DNA of 64,000 bases from Eledone cirrhosa (GCA_964016885.1 OZ024751.1:13392001-13456000), one strand, 5' to 3'; shown: positions 1 to 11,320, counted from the first letter of the stretch. Program-made: numbers and translations. The notes: generated by a model from the sequence alone, not told the origin.

Positions 1-718
1 TTAAAAGAATTTGAAAATTAACGAAGAGAAAAATAATGTAAAGTTAAGGTTTGTATATTGAAGGGTTTAATAATATGTGCGATGAAAAGAAATTGTTAAT
101 ATGTATTAAGAATAATATTTAAGGGTTTAATAATATGTGCGATGGAAAGAAAATGTTGATATGTATTATTAAAAATAGCAAAGGTAATGTAAGTAAGGAT
201 ATATTGTGAAAAAAGTAGATAGGATGAAACATGAAAGTGAGAAAAAAATAATGAATTGAGGATGAATAATCTAACGTCAAAAAAATGTTTATGTTTACGA
301 AGGATTTTTTCAAGGTGATATAAAGTAAGAATATATTGTATTGTGTAATAATTGTTTCTATGTTAGGCACAGTGAGAAAAGGTACAGATTAGGGGTTAGA
401 AATTAAAAGAAAAAGAAAAGAAAAGAAAAGAAAAGGAAAGGAAAAGGAAGAAATGGAAGTGATAAATAGGAGTGATATAGAATGAGTAACAAGTATTATA
501 TAATGTATAATAAATAACTTTGAAATAAGGTAGAAAGATGGGTATATTTTTAAAGAAGTATATATATATATATATGTGCCTTTGAGAAAAGGATTCTGAA
601 TTGATAAAGTTTAGGATATTAGCTGTATACTTTATGGAATGTTCTGTGGAATTTATGCAAGCAGAGAGAAAACAAGTCAGTGATAAAATACATGGAACTC
701 TTTTAACCATCTTTTGAT

Positions 719-764
<46 letters not shown>

Positions 765-1201
765 TATATAACAGTTATGTATTGGGGTCAATTAAATTGA
801 CTTTACCCCACCTAACACATGTCACCCTAAGCCTACCTCAGAATCGATAATGTTTATATAATTAATATTGTTGTATATTAACAATACACATTGTACAGTC
901 ACATTCTGTTTATTTATGAATACAAACCTTTTAAAAAATTGTTTGAATATTTAAATGTTATTTTTATGCAGTTCAATGACATATGCTGAATCGGTAGAGC
1001 GACATACAAAACAGCTGTGATTGTATGTATGTCAGACAAAGTAAGAACAAGAATGATAGGAGTGGAAGGTTGAGGAAGGATAATAATTGTTTCTGGCAAA
1101 TACAGGGACCAGACCAACGATTGGGGCTGTTGGTCAAGCTCTCGAAATAGTCGGACATCAAATATAACTATTTCTTTAGCACTCAGTGACGTGTCAGTCA
1201 A

Positions 1202-1482
1202 TCATACTGATGTCCTCCCCACAGCCCCGGCGGACAGAATGGAGAAGGCGTTTCCCCGGAGGACGGCAAGGGAGACGCGCTGGAAGAGCCATTCCGACTC
1301 GCGGGGCTCACACCTAGAGCTGGCCAGCTCAGCGCCTATGGTGGGGAGTAGGGAGGTAGCCCTAGGGTCGAGGACACCAGCAGAAATGTCCCCTGCCAAG
1401 GGTACGACCGCAAACCTGTCGAAGAGCGACCCGTATTTGGAGGGCTTGGCCTCCTCAGCCCGACGTGCAGCAGAACCTGGGT
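1202..1482 (-). mobile_element. C-terminal fragment of a CRE-like (restriction-like endonuclease) non-LTR retrotransposon ORF
   Basis: GC-rich island. The minus frame reads NPGSAARRAEEAKPSKYGSLFDRFAVVPLAGDISAGVLDPRATSLLPTIGAELASSRCEPRESEWLFQRVSLAVLRGNAFSILSA, matching the 'A..AE..K..KY...F.P.A.E..G....FQR.S.A..RGNA..IL' C-terminus of CRE-type elements. Confidence 0.8.
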
Positions 1483-1504
1483 TGTGGTGTTATTAAGACT
1501 ATTT

Positions 1505-1905
1505 ATGCTGGTAGGTTGTTAGAGCATCGGATAAAATGTTTTGTAGTATTTATTTACTGATCTTTACGTTCTCAGTTCAAATCCCGCCGCGATCAGCTTT
1601 GCCTTTCGTCCACACGGGGTCGATGAAATAAAGTACCAGTAATGCACTGGGGGCGGTTTAATCGACTACCGCTTTCCCAAAATGCTGGACTTGTGCCAAA
1701 AGTAGAAACAATTATTATATATACTTTCTGGCATAGAGTTACAGTCCTTTACGTTCTGAGTTCAAATCCCGTCGATGTTAGCTTTGCCTTTCATCCTTAC
1801 GGGGTAGATGAAATAAAAAGTAGCAGTAATGCGCTGGGGTCGATCTAATCGACTGTCCCCTCCTAGCAGAAATTGTTAGTCTTGTGTCAAAATCAGTAAC
1901 TATTA
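1505..1905 (+). mobile_element. Two degenerate tandem copies of tRNA-derived SINE family A
   Basis: B-box-like gttcaaatccc, central ttgcctttcatcc..ggggtcgat..aaataaagtaccagtaa, and tail cttgtgccaaaagtagaaacaatta. Confidence 0.75.
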
Positions 1906-2178
1906 TTAAAGCAGAACCAGAACCTCATCGGATAAACTAAATCTTTCTACCTGACCTTCTAAAGACTTTATCAATGAGTTCCACCTCCTGGCATATGTTA
2001 CACCGGCTAATATAAGAAATCAATATTGTTTATATATATATATATTTACATCTTAAATGCTGTTAAGTGATGGTAGCAGGTTTGCCCCAGATAACATGGT
2101 TCAATTTAGATTTCTGGCTTCATATTTATTTATTGCAATAGCAAATCGTTGTTTGGAGTCATAAACACACACACACAC

Positions 2179-2208
<30 letters not shown>

Positions 2209-2209
<1 letters not shown>

Positions 2210-2398
2210 GGAAAAAGTATGACCCCGACAGCAGAGCTCAAGCCGTTTCGACGGCTTGAGCTGGACTGAAATAGCCGTCGAGACGGCTTGAGCTCTGTTG
2301 TCGGGGTCATACTTTTTCCTATTTCCCACTCTACTACCCTACGTATTGAGTACTCTGGTGCGTTATGGTCCATCTGGTTCCTTACCACAATTCTTTCG

Positions 2399-2400
<2 letters not shown>
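2209..2400 (+). mobile_element. Foldback/T-hairpin element family H, copy 1
   Basis: Inverted repeat 2209-2320 (aggaaaaagtatgaccccgacagcagagctcaagccgt...acggcttgagctctgttgtcggggtcatactttttcct) plus a conserved ~80-bp tail, flanked by (TA)n. Confidence 0.8.
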
Positions 2401-2440
<40 letters not shown>

Positions 2441-2501
2441 CGAAAGAATATGTGTGTGTGTGTATATATATATATTCATTTTATCAAGGATAAATAGTAA
2501 A

Positions 2502-2541
2502 TCTTGTTACTCTGGAGTTTCGCCAGTGTCATCAGACAAGA
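2502..2541 (-). ncRNA. Minimal type-I hammerhead ribozyme motif (inverted copy of 2651-2690)
   Basis: Reverse complement reads tcttgt CTGATGA cactggc GAAA ctccagag TA acaaga. Confidence 0.65.
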
Positions 2542-2650
2542 GCACTATATATATAGTATGTATATATTTGTGTGTGTGTGTGTGTGTGTGAGTGTGTATG
2601 TATATCTATACACACACACAAATATATATACATACATATATATATTGTGC

Positions 2651-2690
2651 TCTTGTCTGATGACACTGGCGAAACTCCAGAGTAACAAGA
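2651..2690 (+). ncRNA. Minimal type-I hammerhead ribozyme motif
   Basis: tcttgt CTGATGA cactggc GAAA ctc-ca-gag TA acaaga: 6-bp stem I, intact core, GUA cleavage triplet; stem II essentially unpaired. Confidence 0.65.
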
Positions 2691-3030
2691 TTTACTATTT
2701 ACCCTTGATAAAATGAATATATATATACACACACACACAATATATATATATATATATATATATTCACATAGACAATATATATATATACACATATATATAT
2801 TACACACACACACACAATATACATATATATACATATATATATATAATATTAAAGATATTATTTATAGCTATGTATATACTATACTATAAACAACTATAAA
2901 CAGGAAAGGTCAGTAATTTATTACTACACTATTACCAGTAAGAGAAATAGCTCAATGTAAGAACATCAGTTGTTTTACAGAGCAGTTATATAGAATACAC
3001 AAGTATCAAAGTTATGTTTAAAACATTTAA

Positions 3031-3078
3031 TCGCTGACAATTGTTTCTTCCAAACTTAGGCTTGGGGTCCTCGGAACA
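3031..3078 (-). ncRNA. Degenerate type-I hammerhead motif
   Basis: Reverse complement reads tgtt CCGAGGA cc-ccaagc-ctaa-gtttgg-aa GAAA caattg TC agcg. One core change (U4C), palindromic stem III caattg, wobble-rich stem I. Confidence 0.5.
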
Positions 3079-3348
3079 TTATCAATGTTTGTACATATAA
3101 TTAACCTCCTATTCAACTGAAGAATCATAGAGATACATATATATTGATGTTGTGGACAACAGTTTCATGTTTACAGTGTGGAATGGATGCGACATATATT
3201 ATATTATACGAGAATTGTACAATAATTCAAATTAAGATTAAAATTAAAATTAAAATTAAAAGCATAGGGTGGAATACATGCGTCAGATAATACAGATAAT
3301 ACCAGAGAATAGTCTAATAATTAGATTAGAGAGATAGTACATGCGTTA

Positions 3349-3829
3349 GTCATATATAAAGGAATGGAACAAGCAAATGTATCATGCATATATGAGTACT
3401 GTATGGCAAGGTATTACATAAAATACAAGCACTTTAAGCGAATATGTTAGTGTATTATGGGGGATGCAATGCGAGGATATTTTCTGTATAGTTCAAATTT
3501 GTATGTGTGTAGAATATGAAAGTTACAGATTTCACATCCATTACATAAGTTAAGATATATTTGTATTGAATGTTTGTTATAGTAATGGATTGTAACTTAG
3601 TGTTATATAATCCATATTTATGGATTATAGTTATTTAACTGCGAGAATTTTCAACGGTTTAAAATCCGGTTTAACTTCCGGATATTAAACCGTTGAAAAT
3701 TCTCGCATTGCATCCACCATAATACACTAACATATTCGCTTAAAGTGCTTGTATTTTATGTAATACCCTGCCATACAATACTCATATATGCATGATACAT
3801 TTGCTTGTTCCATTCCTTTATATATGACA
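3349..3829. repeat. Inverted repeat with ~130-bp arms (3349-3483 / 3697-3829) and an internal ~30-bp-arm hairpin (3640-3707)
   Basis: gtcatatataaaggaatggaacaagcaaatg... mirrored by ...catttgcttgttccattcctttatatatgac; inner tgcgagaattttcaacggtttaa...ttaaaccgttgaaaattctcgca. Confidence 0.85.
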
Positions 3830-3911
3830 CTTACATTCATAGAGCACCCACGAAGAGTGAAAAACGCGAATATTGGACGTGGTCCATAAAAATATTAATA
3901 AACGTCAAAAT

Positions 3912-4102
3912 ATAATTGTTTCTACTTTTGGCACAAGGCCAGCAATTACCCAGTGCATTACTGGTACTTTATTTTATCGACCCCGTAAGGATGAAAGGCA
4001 AAGTTAACCTCGGCAGTATTTGAAATCAGATCAGAAAGGGGCGTAACTCTATGCTGCAAAGCATGTTGTCCGACCCTCTACCGATACTGCCAAATCACCG
4101 CC
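3912..4102 (-). mobile_element. SINE family A, full length with TSD
   Basis: Full reverse copy; aacgtcaaaatat repeated at 3901 and 4103. Confidence 0.9.
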
Positions 4103-4363
4103 AACGTCAAAATATGAGGGAGCGTCTTATTTGAAAGGGCATCCAATAGGAAGGCAAATACGGTATATTGTTATCAATAATTTAGCGTTCAACAATATTG
4201 CCAAGAAAAAAGCCATAAAAAAATCGTGGAAGATATTTATAATTCCGCGAATATGCGGTGGTATCCACGAACAATTATTAGTTAGGTTCTAAGTAAAATT
4301 CCGCAAATAACCGGGATCGCCAGTGTCGGAACCACGAATGCCGGAGATACACTGTATATATTA

Positions 4364-4533
4364 TGGGAAAAGAGTCAGGACCCCGACGGCTGAGCTCCGG
4401 CCGTTTCGACAGCTAGATCCCAACTAACCCAGCAGTCAGTGTCCTGCCTCTTTTCCTATTACCCACTCTACTACCCTAAGTATCGAGTACTCTGGTGCGT
4501 TATGGTCCACCTGGTTCCTTACCACACTTTCTT
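4364..4533 (+). mobile_element. Family H element, diverged copy
   Basis: ggaccccgacggctgagctccggccgtttcgac plus tail acccactctactaccctaagtatcgagtactctggtgcgttatggtccacctggttccttaccacac. Confidence 0.75.
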
Positions 4534-5107
4534 TGTATATTATATTATATATATATATATTACGTAGCTGATCTCTGAAATGGTTACGAAGCGCTGAGGG
4601 AATATAGTTAATATAAAGAGTAGTGTGTTTAGGCGTGGAGATATTATAAAATAAAACGAAGATCCTTAAAAAACGGGAAAAGGAGCTGCCATTGACCGCT
4701 ACGAGAAATCGAACCCCGATTCACCCAGACACCGGCTAGGTTCTTACACATAATGACACACAAATCAATTTTTAGATTATTTAACTGTGACGTAGTTACA
4801 ACAAACATTTTCAGTTCAAGCTAAAATGGCAACCACTTAACGCTTCGATAGGTCATGGCATGTAACAATGAGTGAGAGTGGAAGAGTTCTGACAGTTACA
4901 TTTAACTATAGCAAAAAGAGTAAAGGTGCGTGCCTTAGGGTTTCTAAGGTTTTCGGCTCATGATCGTAGAGTCATGAGTTCGATTCCCAGAGGAAGATAG
5001 TGTAATAGATACACAGTTCCGTCCATCTCACATTTTTATTTGACGAGCACAAATATTTCGTTATAAATATAAATAAAACTATAAATATAACTAGATATAT
5101 ATATATA

Positions 5108-5158
<51 letters not shown>

Positions 5159-5200
5159 CAAGAAGTGTAAGTCAACAGGGTAAAATTAACTTCGTTTATT

Positions 5201-5252
5201 CATATATTTCAGTGATACCCATTATTCAACAGCTATGACCTCATCGGGCAGT
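5201..5252 (-). ncRNA. Degenerate hammerhead, inverted homolog of 5508-5562
   Basis: Reverse complement reads actgc CCGATGA ggtcatagc...tgggtatcact GAAA tatatg aataaacgaag. It aligns to the 5508 motif, but the 3' strand of stem I is deleted. Confidence 0.5.
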
Positions 5253-5507
5253 AAGAACTTGAACAGAAAAAACAGAAAAACAATGTTGTAATAGATTTTA
5301 CCTTGTTAATCCATTGATATGTTTAGTAAACAACCAACACATACTCAAAATTATATATATATATATATAAAAAATGATATATATATATAAATATGATTCC
5401 AGTTCCTCAGAGAAATAACAACCCAACCAGGAACTGGACATATCGGAGTATTGACGGAGTTAAACACCTCAACAACATGTGTACCCGTCTCTACCACACC
5501 AATTCGG

Positions 5508-5562
5508 ACTGCCTGAAGAGGTCACAGCCAAAGATGGCTGTCACCGAAATATATATAGCAGT
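5508..5562 (+). ncRNA. Type-I hammerhead ribozyme
   Basis: actgc CTGAAGA ggt-c-acagcca-aaga-tggctgt-c-acc GAAA tatata TA gcagt: perfect stem I, long stem II, palindromic stem III. Confidence 0.85.
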
Positions 5563-5721
5563 ACACCTTTAATAAACGAAGCCAAATTTTAAATATTTGA
5601 CTTATTTATTTTATTTTACATTACTCCGGAGTAACCAAACCAACCTGCGCACTTCGTCGAGTGCTCCAATCTGCATACTTAGGTGTCGGTAAACAACGAA
5701 CATACACTAAAAAAAAAAATA

Positions 5722-5785
<64 letters not shown>

Positions 5786-5869
5786 AAATGAAATTCCATT
5801 TCTCACTCTTAGTACGGCACTTACTTAAATGTAAGTATGTATGTATGTATGTATGTATACGTACATACA

Positions 5870-6265
5870 TATATGTATACAGACGTTCAGTAGTATGTAT
5901 ATATATATATATGCACGTATCGGTTTACCGAACATTTATTATAATGCTGGGTTTGCAAATTAGGCTGCTCAGCCGTTAATAAGCATAAGGAAAGTATATA
6001 CTTTCAGACGTTCAACCATCTGGCAGGAAGGTATACGATGCTGACGATAGCTAATAAGCTTGAAACTAGTACATCGTTCCTGTGTCAGTGTTGAACAAAA
6101 AGGTGACGTGGTTGCCTAAACACTGTACGGCGTAATTCGGGCTGTTTGTTTGTTTACAAACGAACAAACCTTGCATTATAATAAATGTGCGATAAACCGA
6201 TACGTGCATATATGTATGTGTGCATGTATGTATATACATACTACTGTACGTCTGTATACATATAT
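5870..6265. repeat. Inverted repeat (~5870-5956 / ~6164-6265) enclosing a hammerhead
   Basis: gtatacagacgttcagtagtatg...gcacgtatcggtttaccgaacatttattataatgc mirrored by gcattataataaatgtgcgataaaccgatacgtgc...catactactgtacgtctgtatac. Confidence 0.8.
6035..6077 (+). ncRNA. Minimal type-I hammerhead ribozyme
   Basis: acgatg CTGACGA t-agc-taataa-gct-t GAAA ctag TA catcgt: perfect 6-bp stem I, intact core, palindromic stem III ctag, GUA site. Confidence 0.85.
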
Positions 6266-6360
6266 GTATGTACGTATACATACATACTTATATATATATC
6301 TATATATCCCGAATATATATATATATATTATATATATATATATATATTATATATATATAT

Positions 6361-6546
6361 GGGTTGGTAGTATCGGTAGAGTGTCGGACGCCATGCTTTG
6401 ACGCATAGAGTTACGGCCCTTTCCAGTCTGAGTTCAAATCCCGCCGAGGTTAACTTTGCCTTTCATCCTTACGTGGCCGATAATATAAAGTACCAGTAAT
6501 ACACTGGAATAATTGCTGGCCTTGTACCAAAAGTAGAAACAATTAT
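6361..6546 (+). mobile_element. SINE family A, full length
   Basis: A-box-like tggtagtatcgg, B-box gagttcaaatccc, conserved body and tail. Confidence 0.9.
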
Positions 6547-6979
6547 TTGATATATATATGATTAAACGATATATGTAACCTCAGCATCTTATTTTATTAT
6601 TTATATATATAAAAGCAATCAAAAGATTGCTTTTGAAAACAGCTGGTGATATGCATGTAAGTAAATATTCTCTTTATCTGATATTCTGTAACTAACGTTA
6701 CATAGATGAATAACGGAGTATAGCTACAATGTATTATCACCATCTAGAAACGATCGTAAATCAGTGAAGTATATCTCTAATGACTTGATTTTTTTATTTC
6801 ATTGTTTTAACTTATATCATGACTCTGTTTTCCTTTTAATGTTTTATTGTTTTCCGAGATTTATCTTAACCTACAACATTTTCAACATATGGATCACATC
6901 GAGTTCTTGATGCAGAATAGACCCCACAACTTACTGTGGATACCTCTGTGTATATATATATATATATATTTATATATAT

Positions 6980-7170
6980 AACGAAGGAGGTATGGTAAGG
7001 AACCAGATGAACCATAACGCACCAGAGTACTCAATACTTAGGCTAGTAGAGTGGGTAATAAGAAAATGTTAGACCCCGACGGCAGAGCTCAAGCCGTTTC
7101 GACGGCTATTTCTGGACTATAATAGCCGTCGAAACGGCTTGAGCTCTGCCGTCGGGGTCTAACATTTTCC

Positions 7171-7171
<1 letters not shown>
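6980..7171 (-). mobile_element. Family H element
   Basis: Reverse tail followed by a near-perfect inverted repeat at 7060-7171; flanked by (TA)n. Confidence 0.85.
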
Positions 7172-7200
<29 letters not shown>

Positions 7201-7202
<2 letters not shown>

Positions 7203-7289
7203 GGTTGTCCCTCAAAAATGTATACACCATTCTAATAAATATTGCCTGTACACGTAATCAAAGTGTGTATACATTTTTCGGATGCCCTG
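7201..7289. mobile_element. Tiny Tc1/mariner-type MITE
   Basis: TIRs caggttgtccctcaaaaatgtatacac / gtgtatacatttttcggatgccctg, followed by TA. Confidence 0.65.
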
Positions 7290-7441
7290 TATATATATAT
7301 ATATATAACTATAGATGTAATATGGTTGTAATATGGTTGTAATATGGTTTTAATATGGTTTTAATATGGTTGTAATGAGGTTTGTGTTGAATTTATTGGT
7401 TATTGGTTTATGGTTCATGTATATATATAGTCACACACACT

Positions 7442-7472
<31 letters not shown>

Positions 7473-7489
7473 GAGAGAGAGATAGAGAG

Positions 7490-8293
7490 AGGGAGGCAAA
7501 GAGGTTAGAGAGAGGGAGGACAAGGAGGTGTGAGAGAAGGGGGAGCAAGGAGGTGAGAGAGAGGGGGAGCAGGGACGTATGAGAGAGAGGGGGAGCAGGG
7601 AGGTATGAGAGAGAGGGGAAGCAGGGAGGTATGATAGAGAGGGGGAGCATGGAGGTGTGAGAGAGAGGGGGAGCAGGGAGGTGTGAGAGAGAGGAGGGAG
7701 CAGGGAGGTGTGAGAGAGAGAGAGGTAGGGAGCAGGGAGGCGTGTGAGAGAGAGATAGGAGGGAGCAGGGAGGCGTGTGAGAGAGAGATAGGAGGGAGCA
7801 GGGAGGTGTGTGAGAGAGAGAGGAGGGAGCAGGGAGGTGTGTGAGAGAGAGAGAGGAGGGAGCAGGGAGGTGTGTGAGAGAGAGAGAGGAGGGAGCAGGG
7901 AGGCGTGTGAGAGAGAGATAGGAGGGAGCAGGGAGGCGTGTGAGAGAGAGATAGGAGGGAGCAGGGAGGTGTGTGAGAGAGAGAGGAGGGAGCAGGGAGG
8001 TGTGTGAGAGAGAGAGAGAGGAGGGAGCAGGGAGGTGTGTGAGAGAGAGAGAGAGGAGGGAGCAGGGAGGTGTGTGAGAGAGAGAGAGAGGAGGGAGCAG
8101 GGAGGTGTGTGAGAGAGAGAGAGAGGAGGGAGCAGGGAGGTGTGTGAGAGAGAGAGAGAGAGTAGGGAGCAGGGAGGCGTGTGAGAGAGAGAGAGAGGAG
8201 GGAACAGGGAGGTGAGAGAGAGGGGAGGGAGCAGGGAGGTGTGTGAGAGAGAGAGAGAGAGAGAGGAGGGAGCAGGGAGGTGTGAGAGAGAGA
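7490..8293. repeat. Purine-rich minisatellite (~27-35 bp: (ga)n ggagggagcagggaggtgtgt)
   Basis: Direct tandem units visible. Confidence 0.9.
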
Positions 8294-8619
8294 TTTACAT
8301 AAGCGTGTGTATTCGCGTTTATATTTGTATGTATCAATTAAGCAAATCGATGATATTTACATAGCTGTCACATCTGTTTGACCTGACAAGACCAGTCATT
8401 AGCACTACTAAAACCACCACTACTACTAATACCATTACTACTACTACCACTACTATTAATACTACTACTACTACTACTACTACTACTACAAGACTGATTG
8501 AGAAAACGGAAGATATCTGTGGGACCCTATGTAATATTTCTCAATCTTTACTCCATTTAACATTATGTTCTGTGACTCTTACAATGTTTGTTCTTCTCGT
8601 GTATACATATCACGTGATG

Positions 8620-8782
8620 TGGACGCAGTGTGATCAAATGGTGAAGAAGTTCACTTGGCAATTATTAGGACACGAGTTCGATCCCCCAGCAAGTCTTGGG
8701 AAAGTGTAATTTACCATACCTTTGGGTCGACTCATGTCTTTTGAATGACATTAATTTGAATGAAACTGATTGGAAGACCGAG
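8620..8782 (+). mobile_element. Degenerate tRNA-derived CORE-type SINE
   Basis: B-box gagttcgatccc followed by tcttgggaaagtgt...tttgggtcgactcatg. Confidence 0.5.
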
Positions 8783-9048
8783 GAAATAGTCCGGACCTGT
8801 AATTCAAAGTGCCAGCCTTGTTACATCACTGAATCTCCCTGAAGTTTTTTTTATAAAAGGGTATCCATGTGTTAAACGTTAATTTCATAAGCAGACTGTT
8901 GATTGAACAATTGTAATACTCTTTGTCGAAACCGACGGAGATCCATCGGTGTATTCAAGGTATATATGTGTAACCACACAAAGGACTCTTCATCTGCTAG
9001 AAGCAACAGCCAAAATTACTAAAATTACATCTTACTATAAACGGAAAT

Positions 9049-9175
9049 GCGCGTGGCTTAGTGACTAGAGAGCTGGATTCGTCGCAATCGTGAGGTTGCG
9101 AGTTCAATTCTCATACCAGGTGATGCACTGTGTCCTTGAGCAAGACACTTTATTTTACGTTGCTCCATCTGCCAG
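9049..9175 (+). mobile_element. tRNA-derived CORE-type SINE
   Basis: A-box tggcttagtga, B-box gagttcaattc, CORE-like gtgtccttgagcaagacacttta. Confidence 0.7.
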
Positions 9176-9501
9176 GAATTACGACCGGTAAATAGTATCA
9201 GAAAGGAAAGACCAATGGAAACATTGTTTCCTCGGTCCGATTTGACGACGTCCAACCCACTCGGGAAGCGAATGAGGTCTGGGATCTTGTCAATCGTAAA
9301 AATAAAAAATAAAAATAATAAATGGAAATGATACTTTAGTATCAACCGGGCTGGTTTGGGGCTGGAACCTCTTCGTTCGTGATTCTGCTCAATCATGGCT
9401 GTGCTAGGGTTGAACAACAGCAATTACAACTACATCATATTTATAGATGTGGAGTTCATTTTCTTTGAACAGAACAAGGGTATACAATTGTGTATATAAT
9501 A

Positions 9502-9670
9502 GGGAGCCGGCAGGATTAAGTAGTTTAGATGTTCGCTTCGTAATCATGAGGTTTCGTGTTCGATCCCATGGCTTGAAATCTTGAAGAAGTATGATTTAAC
9601 AATGCCTTGTATGAACCTAAGCCTTTTGAGTGACAATGGGCACAGAGAAACTTCGGAGGAAACCCGTCAG
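9502..9670 (+). mobile_element. Degenerate tRNA-derived SINE
   Basis: B-box gtgttcgatccc; 3' aagccttttgagtg...gaaacttcggaggaaacccgtc resembles the 8620 copy. Confidence 0.45.
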
Positions 9671-9788
9671 ATGGATTGTACTGGCAATTCAAATACCTAA
9701 GCTTGTCACATAGGAAGCCACGTTGATTCGGTTGGAGAAACATGTTAAGAGTACACGTGTCTGTGGTGTATATATATATACATACATA

Positions 9789-10241
9789 TTTGTATCAGTG
9801 ATCTGGAATAGCGATGTATGTAAGAATGTATGTATAGCATATTTGATAATATACTGTATGTTTATTTTAAAACATTTTGAAGACCATTCGCTATGAGTTT
9901 TAAAGTAGTGACTATGTCACTTACTTTGTCTCGGCAAAAACAAAGGGAAGCAACCGACAGCTGTTTCTCGTTTGTTAACGGTTATCAAGATTGCTTATCC
10001 CTTCGTTTCTGCCGAGACTTGTGGAAGCTGGATTCTTATAGAATTCCAGTGATGTTTAAGAGCTGATTAAGCAGAGCAGTTGCCGGTCCAGCAAAAATTA
10101 AAAATTTGTATCAGTGCTCTGGAATAGCGATGTATGTATGAATGTATGTATAGTATATTTGATAATATACTGTATGTTTATTTAAAAACATTTTGAAGAC
10201 CATTCGCTATGAGTTTTAAAGTAGTGACTATGTCACTTACT
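9789..10241 (-). mobile_element. Partial-tandem (retrozyme/pLTR-like) unit of ~316 bp with ~137-bp direct repeats
   Basis: tttgtatcagtg...gtgactatgtcacttact at 9789-9925 and 10105-10241, with a hammerhead in between. Confidence 0.7.
9949..9995 (-). ncRNA. Type-I hammerhead with two core mutations and a long extended stem I
   Basis: Reverse complement reads agcaatc TTGATAA c-cgtt-aaca-aacg-a GAAA cagctg TC ggttgct; pairing extends to 9928-10018 (gtctcggca.../...tgccgagac). Confidence 0.6.
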
Positions 10242-10252
10242 ATATCTTATTC

Positions 10253-10483
10253 TATAACTTATCTGCGTTAATATTCATTCATACGTTATATACAATATAT
10301 TATATATATAACCTATTATATAACTTATCTGCGTTAATATTCATTCATACGTTATATACAATATATTATATATATAACCTATTATATAACTTATCTGCGT
10401 TAATATTCATTCATACGTTATATACAATATATTATATATATAACCTATTATATAACTTATCTGCGTTAATCTTCATTCATACG

Positions 10484-10490
<7 letters not shown>
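10253..10490. repeat. 66-bp tandem repeat, ~3.6 copies
   Basis: atctgcgttaat recurs at 10261, 10327, 10393 and 10459. Confidence 0.9.
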
Positions 10491-10542
<52 letters not shown>

Positions 10543-10581
10543 CTTGACATCCTTCCTCAGTTTTATATATAAACATATATA

Positions 10582-11039
10582 GATTAAAATAACAGATTAA
10601 AGTTTAAGCAAAGAATCATTGCTTTCACCCTTAACGGGATCTTCTGAAACTAAAAACATCAATCTGTGAACGCAGAAGTAAATATTTCGAAAAACGTTGC
10701 AACCGAAGGAAAACAGGAAGACGATACTTTGCTTCGTAACCATGTTCCCTGGCAATGAACGGATAATAGCGAACATAATACGTCATCAATGTTCGTCAGA
10801 ATGTCGTAATGCAGACAGCCAGGCATACAGACAGATATTATAAGAACGCGACGGAGATGGATAACCGTCGCCTAACACTCCTTTGGCAACAGAAAATTGA
10901 AAAATAAAAACTGCAGTTAATATCTTTAGACCGCAAGAAATATATAAATGCAACTTTGAAGTCAATCGGAGTAGAAATGTGGATTTGTATAGACTTTGCA
11001 AAAATGAGGACACACACACACACACACAGACAACATCAG

Positions 11040-11096
<57 letters not shown>

Positions 11097-11320
11097 TAAC
11101 AGATTAAAGTTTAAGCAAAGAATCGATGCTTTGACCCTTAACGGAATCTTCTGAAACTTAAAAAAAAAATCAATCTGTGAACACAGAAGTAGATATTTCA
11201 AAAAACGTTACACACTATATATATATACACACACACATTATATATACATATATATATACACACACACACATATAGCGTCATAATGCAGACAGCCAGACAT
11301 AGAGACAGATATTATAAGGG
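10582..11320. repeat. Local duplication (10582-10700 matches 11090-11210; 10804-10845 matches 11277-11318) with Helitron-like internal segments
   Basis: attaaaataacagattaaagtttaagcaaagaatc and taatgcagacagccag each occur twice. Confidence 0.7.

Noticed and set aside
1-720. Possible decayed retroelement with a 60-bp duplication (aagggtttaataatatgtgcgatg at 61 and 121)
   Set aside because: No recognisable protein motif
6361-6546. tRNA gene calls from A/B boxes
   Set aside because: These are SINE heads with no acceptor stem or cloverleaf
6611-6765. Hammerhead-like halves (stem-loop plus gaaaacagctg; tagatg..catcta GAAA cgatcg TA aatcag)
   Set aside because: No CUGANGA in the required position; at most decayed remnants
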